Source: Fistulifera solaris (Eukaryota). Taken from it: 64,000 bases of DNA. Made by a program: the position numbers and the translations under genes. Of this stretch, positions 62,722 to 64,000 are shown piece after piece. The notes beneath the pieces were generated by a model, which searched no databases, had not been told where the DNA came from, and saw nothing but the letters and a program-made list of their open reading frames with translations. Positions within the stretch are counted from its first letter, which is position 1. Every line of letters starts with the position of its first letter. The stretch is from the NCBI GenBank assembly GCA_030295235.1, contig AP026133.1:1054001-1118000 (forward strand), in the 5' to 3' direction.

Positions 62722-63993
62722 TTATTCTTCCGACTGCCATCCACACATTGACGTCCCTTGAAAACTGAACATGTTCCATAGCCGTTGCTCCCACCGCAAC
62801 CTCATGTTCTGACGTGCAACAGAATAGTATTGATTTCTCAAGGTCTCCATTGACGCTGTCCAACTCCACGTCTCGGTGTCCAAGCGTGCACGATTCGCCA
62901 TTTTGTCTCGCAGACCCACATCTGACCGCAATTGACAAATCCTGTTGGCATACTCGTCGGCATCATTCGGTGTGACTAAAAATCCCGTTTCACCATCGCG
63001 GATAAGATCTACTAGACCACCCGCTCGAGCTGCCACGACGGGGACTCCACTCGCCATGCTTTCCAATACAACAAATCCAAGCGTCTCCGAAGTACTCGGC
63101 ATGACAAAGACATCAGCCGAAGCAAAGGCTTTTGACAATGCCCTACCTTGCAATGGCCCAGTAAAGAAGGCTCTTTCCGTGGGAAGCAAAAGGGAACGCA
63201 ATTCGGCTTCGTAAGGTCCATTTCCAATACAACTCAAGCGTACATTGGGAGGCAGTCGTTTCATGATTTCAGGAAGCAGATGCAAGCCTTTCTCAGTAGC
63301 TATCCGACCGACGTATACGACCAAGAAATCTTCTTTGTGACCATCGGTCATGATAACACGCATCGTCTCATCCTTATATCGTGGATGGAATGTCTCTGTA
63401 TCAACTCCTTTGGGCCACACCATCACCTGATCGATTCCGTGTTGTTGAAATTCTTGTTGAATTTGCGGACTGGTTACAATCGTGACATCCGCCAGCACGT
63501 GATGAACCCAACGGATCCACTGCCACACGATCCATTCGGGGAGTCCGAATAGTTTGGGTAGATATGTTCGCACATAGATGGGTAAATGTGTATGATAGCT
63601 CACCAAGAGAGGGATTGAGAACATGCGAGAAATCAAAGCCGCCGAAAGCACCAAGAATCCCGGGGATGATGCGTGTATGATATGCGGTCGATGATGAGCC
63701 ACCGTCCGTAGCGATCGAAATGTGTAGTCCCAAGACAGTGACATGAGCGGATAATGTGGCAACCGAAATCCAGCCGTATAATGAATGGGAAACCCCAGCC
63801 AAATTTGAGGCAGATTCTTTGTATTGACAACTTCTGTTGTCACAATTTTTACATCATCCTCCGGGTGTTTATTAGCAAGATAATTTAAGAGAGCTTGAAA
63901 TCGGTTGGCGTAACCCGACATATAGGTAAATGGGGACGGTTCTACGAACAAACAAATTCGGAGAGGAGTTTTGTCATCTTTTGCGAAAATCAT
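62722..63993 (-). CDS. SQD2: Sulfoquinovosyldiacylglycerol synthase (GT4); 5' end probably beyond the window
   Basis: LFVEPSPFTYMSGYANRF, IIHASSPG, SYHTHLP, VWPKGVD and FVMPSTSETLGFVVLESMASG. Confidence 0.93.
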   Translation of the reverse strand: MIFAKDDKTPLRICLFVEPSPFTYMSGYANRFQALLNYLANKHPEDDVKIVTTEVVNTKNLPQIWLGFPIHYTAGFRLPHYPLMSLSWDYTFRSLRTVAHHRPHIIHASSPGFLVLSAALISRMFSIPLLVSYHTHLPIYVRTYLPKLFGLPEWIVWQWIRWVHHVLADVTIVTSPQIQQEFQQHGIDQVMVWPKGVDTETFHPRYKDETMRVIMTDGHKEDFLVVYVGRIATEKGLHLLPEIMKRLPPNVRLSCIGNGPYEAELRSLLLPTERAFFTGPLQGRALSKAFASADVFVMPSTSETLGFVVLESMASGVPVVAARAGGLVDLIRDGETGFLVTPNDADEYANRICQLRSDVGLRDKMANRARLDTETWSWTASMETLRNQYYSVARQNMRLRWEQRLWNMFSFQGTSMCGWQSEE

Positions 63994-64000
63994 GGGAAAA

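Noticed and set aside
1..64000. tRNA, rRNA or autonomous transposon genes
   Set aside because: No cloverleaf, rRNA block, transposase, RT or integrase motifs were recognised by eye.

Overview
Gene-dense eukaryotic nuclear DNA, almost certainly from a diatom. The evidence is short GT-AG introns (mostly 59-97 bp), bipartite signal+[A/S]AF plastid presequences, and a VDE gene; a Fistulifera-like pennate is an inference from a relic gene family. About 25 genes can be supported: VDE (3' part), a sulfotransferase-like protein, a FIST + pseudo-IGPS fusion, PP2A-C, an EGF membrane protein, a 10-exon MscS-like channel, thioredoxin, DCN1-like, an FG-GAP propeller, a Cys-rich secreted protein, SET, mS23-like, ELG1/ATAD5-like, NDUFV1, PsbP-like, CDPK, ThrRS, a trigger-factor N-domain protein, an ankyrin-like protein, glucosidase II beta, mTERF, MGDG synthase, RAPTOR and SQD2. 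About 20 single-base frameshifts in otherwise intact genes point to uncorrected long-read indels. The best novel candidate is a plastid-targeted FIST sensor domain fused to a catalytically degenerate indole-3-glycerol-phosphate synthase barrel. Also notable are a box C/D snoRNA hidden in a ThrRS intron, micro-exons in the MscS gene, a 34-bp array next to a decayed member of a dispersed gene family, and a recurrent TACC(W)GGTA intergenic palindrome. No database searches were run; family calls rest on motif recognition.
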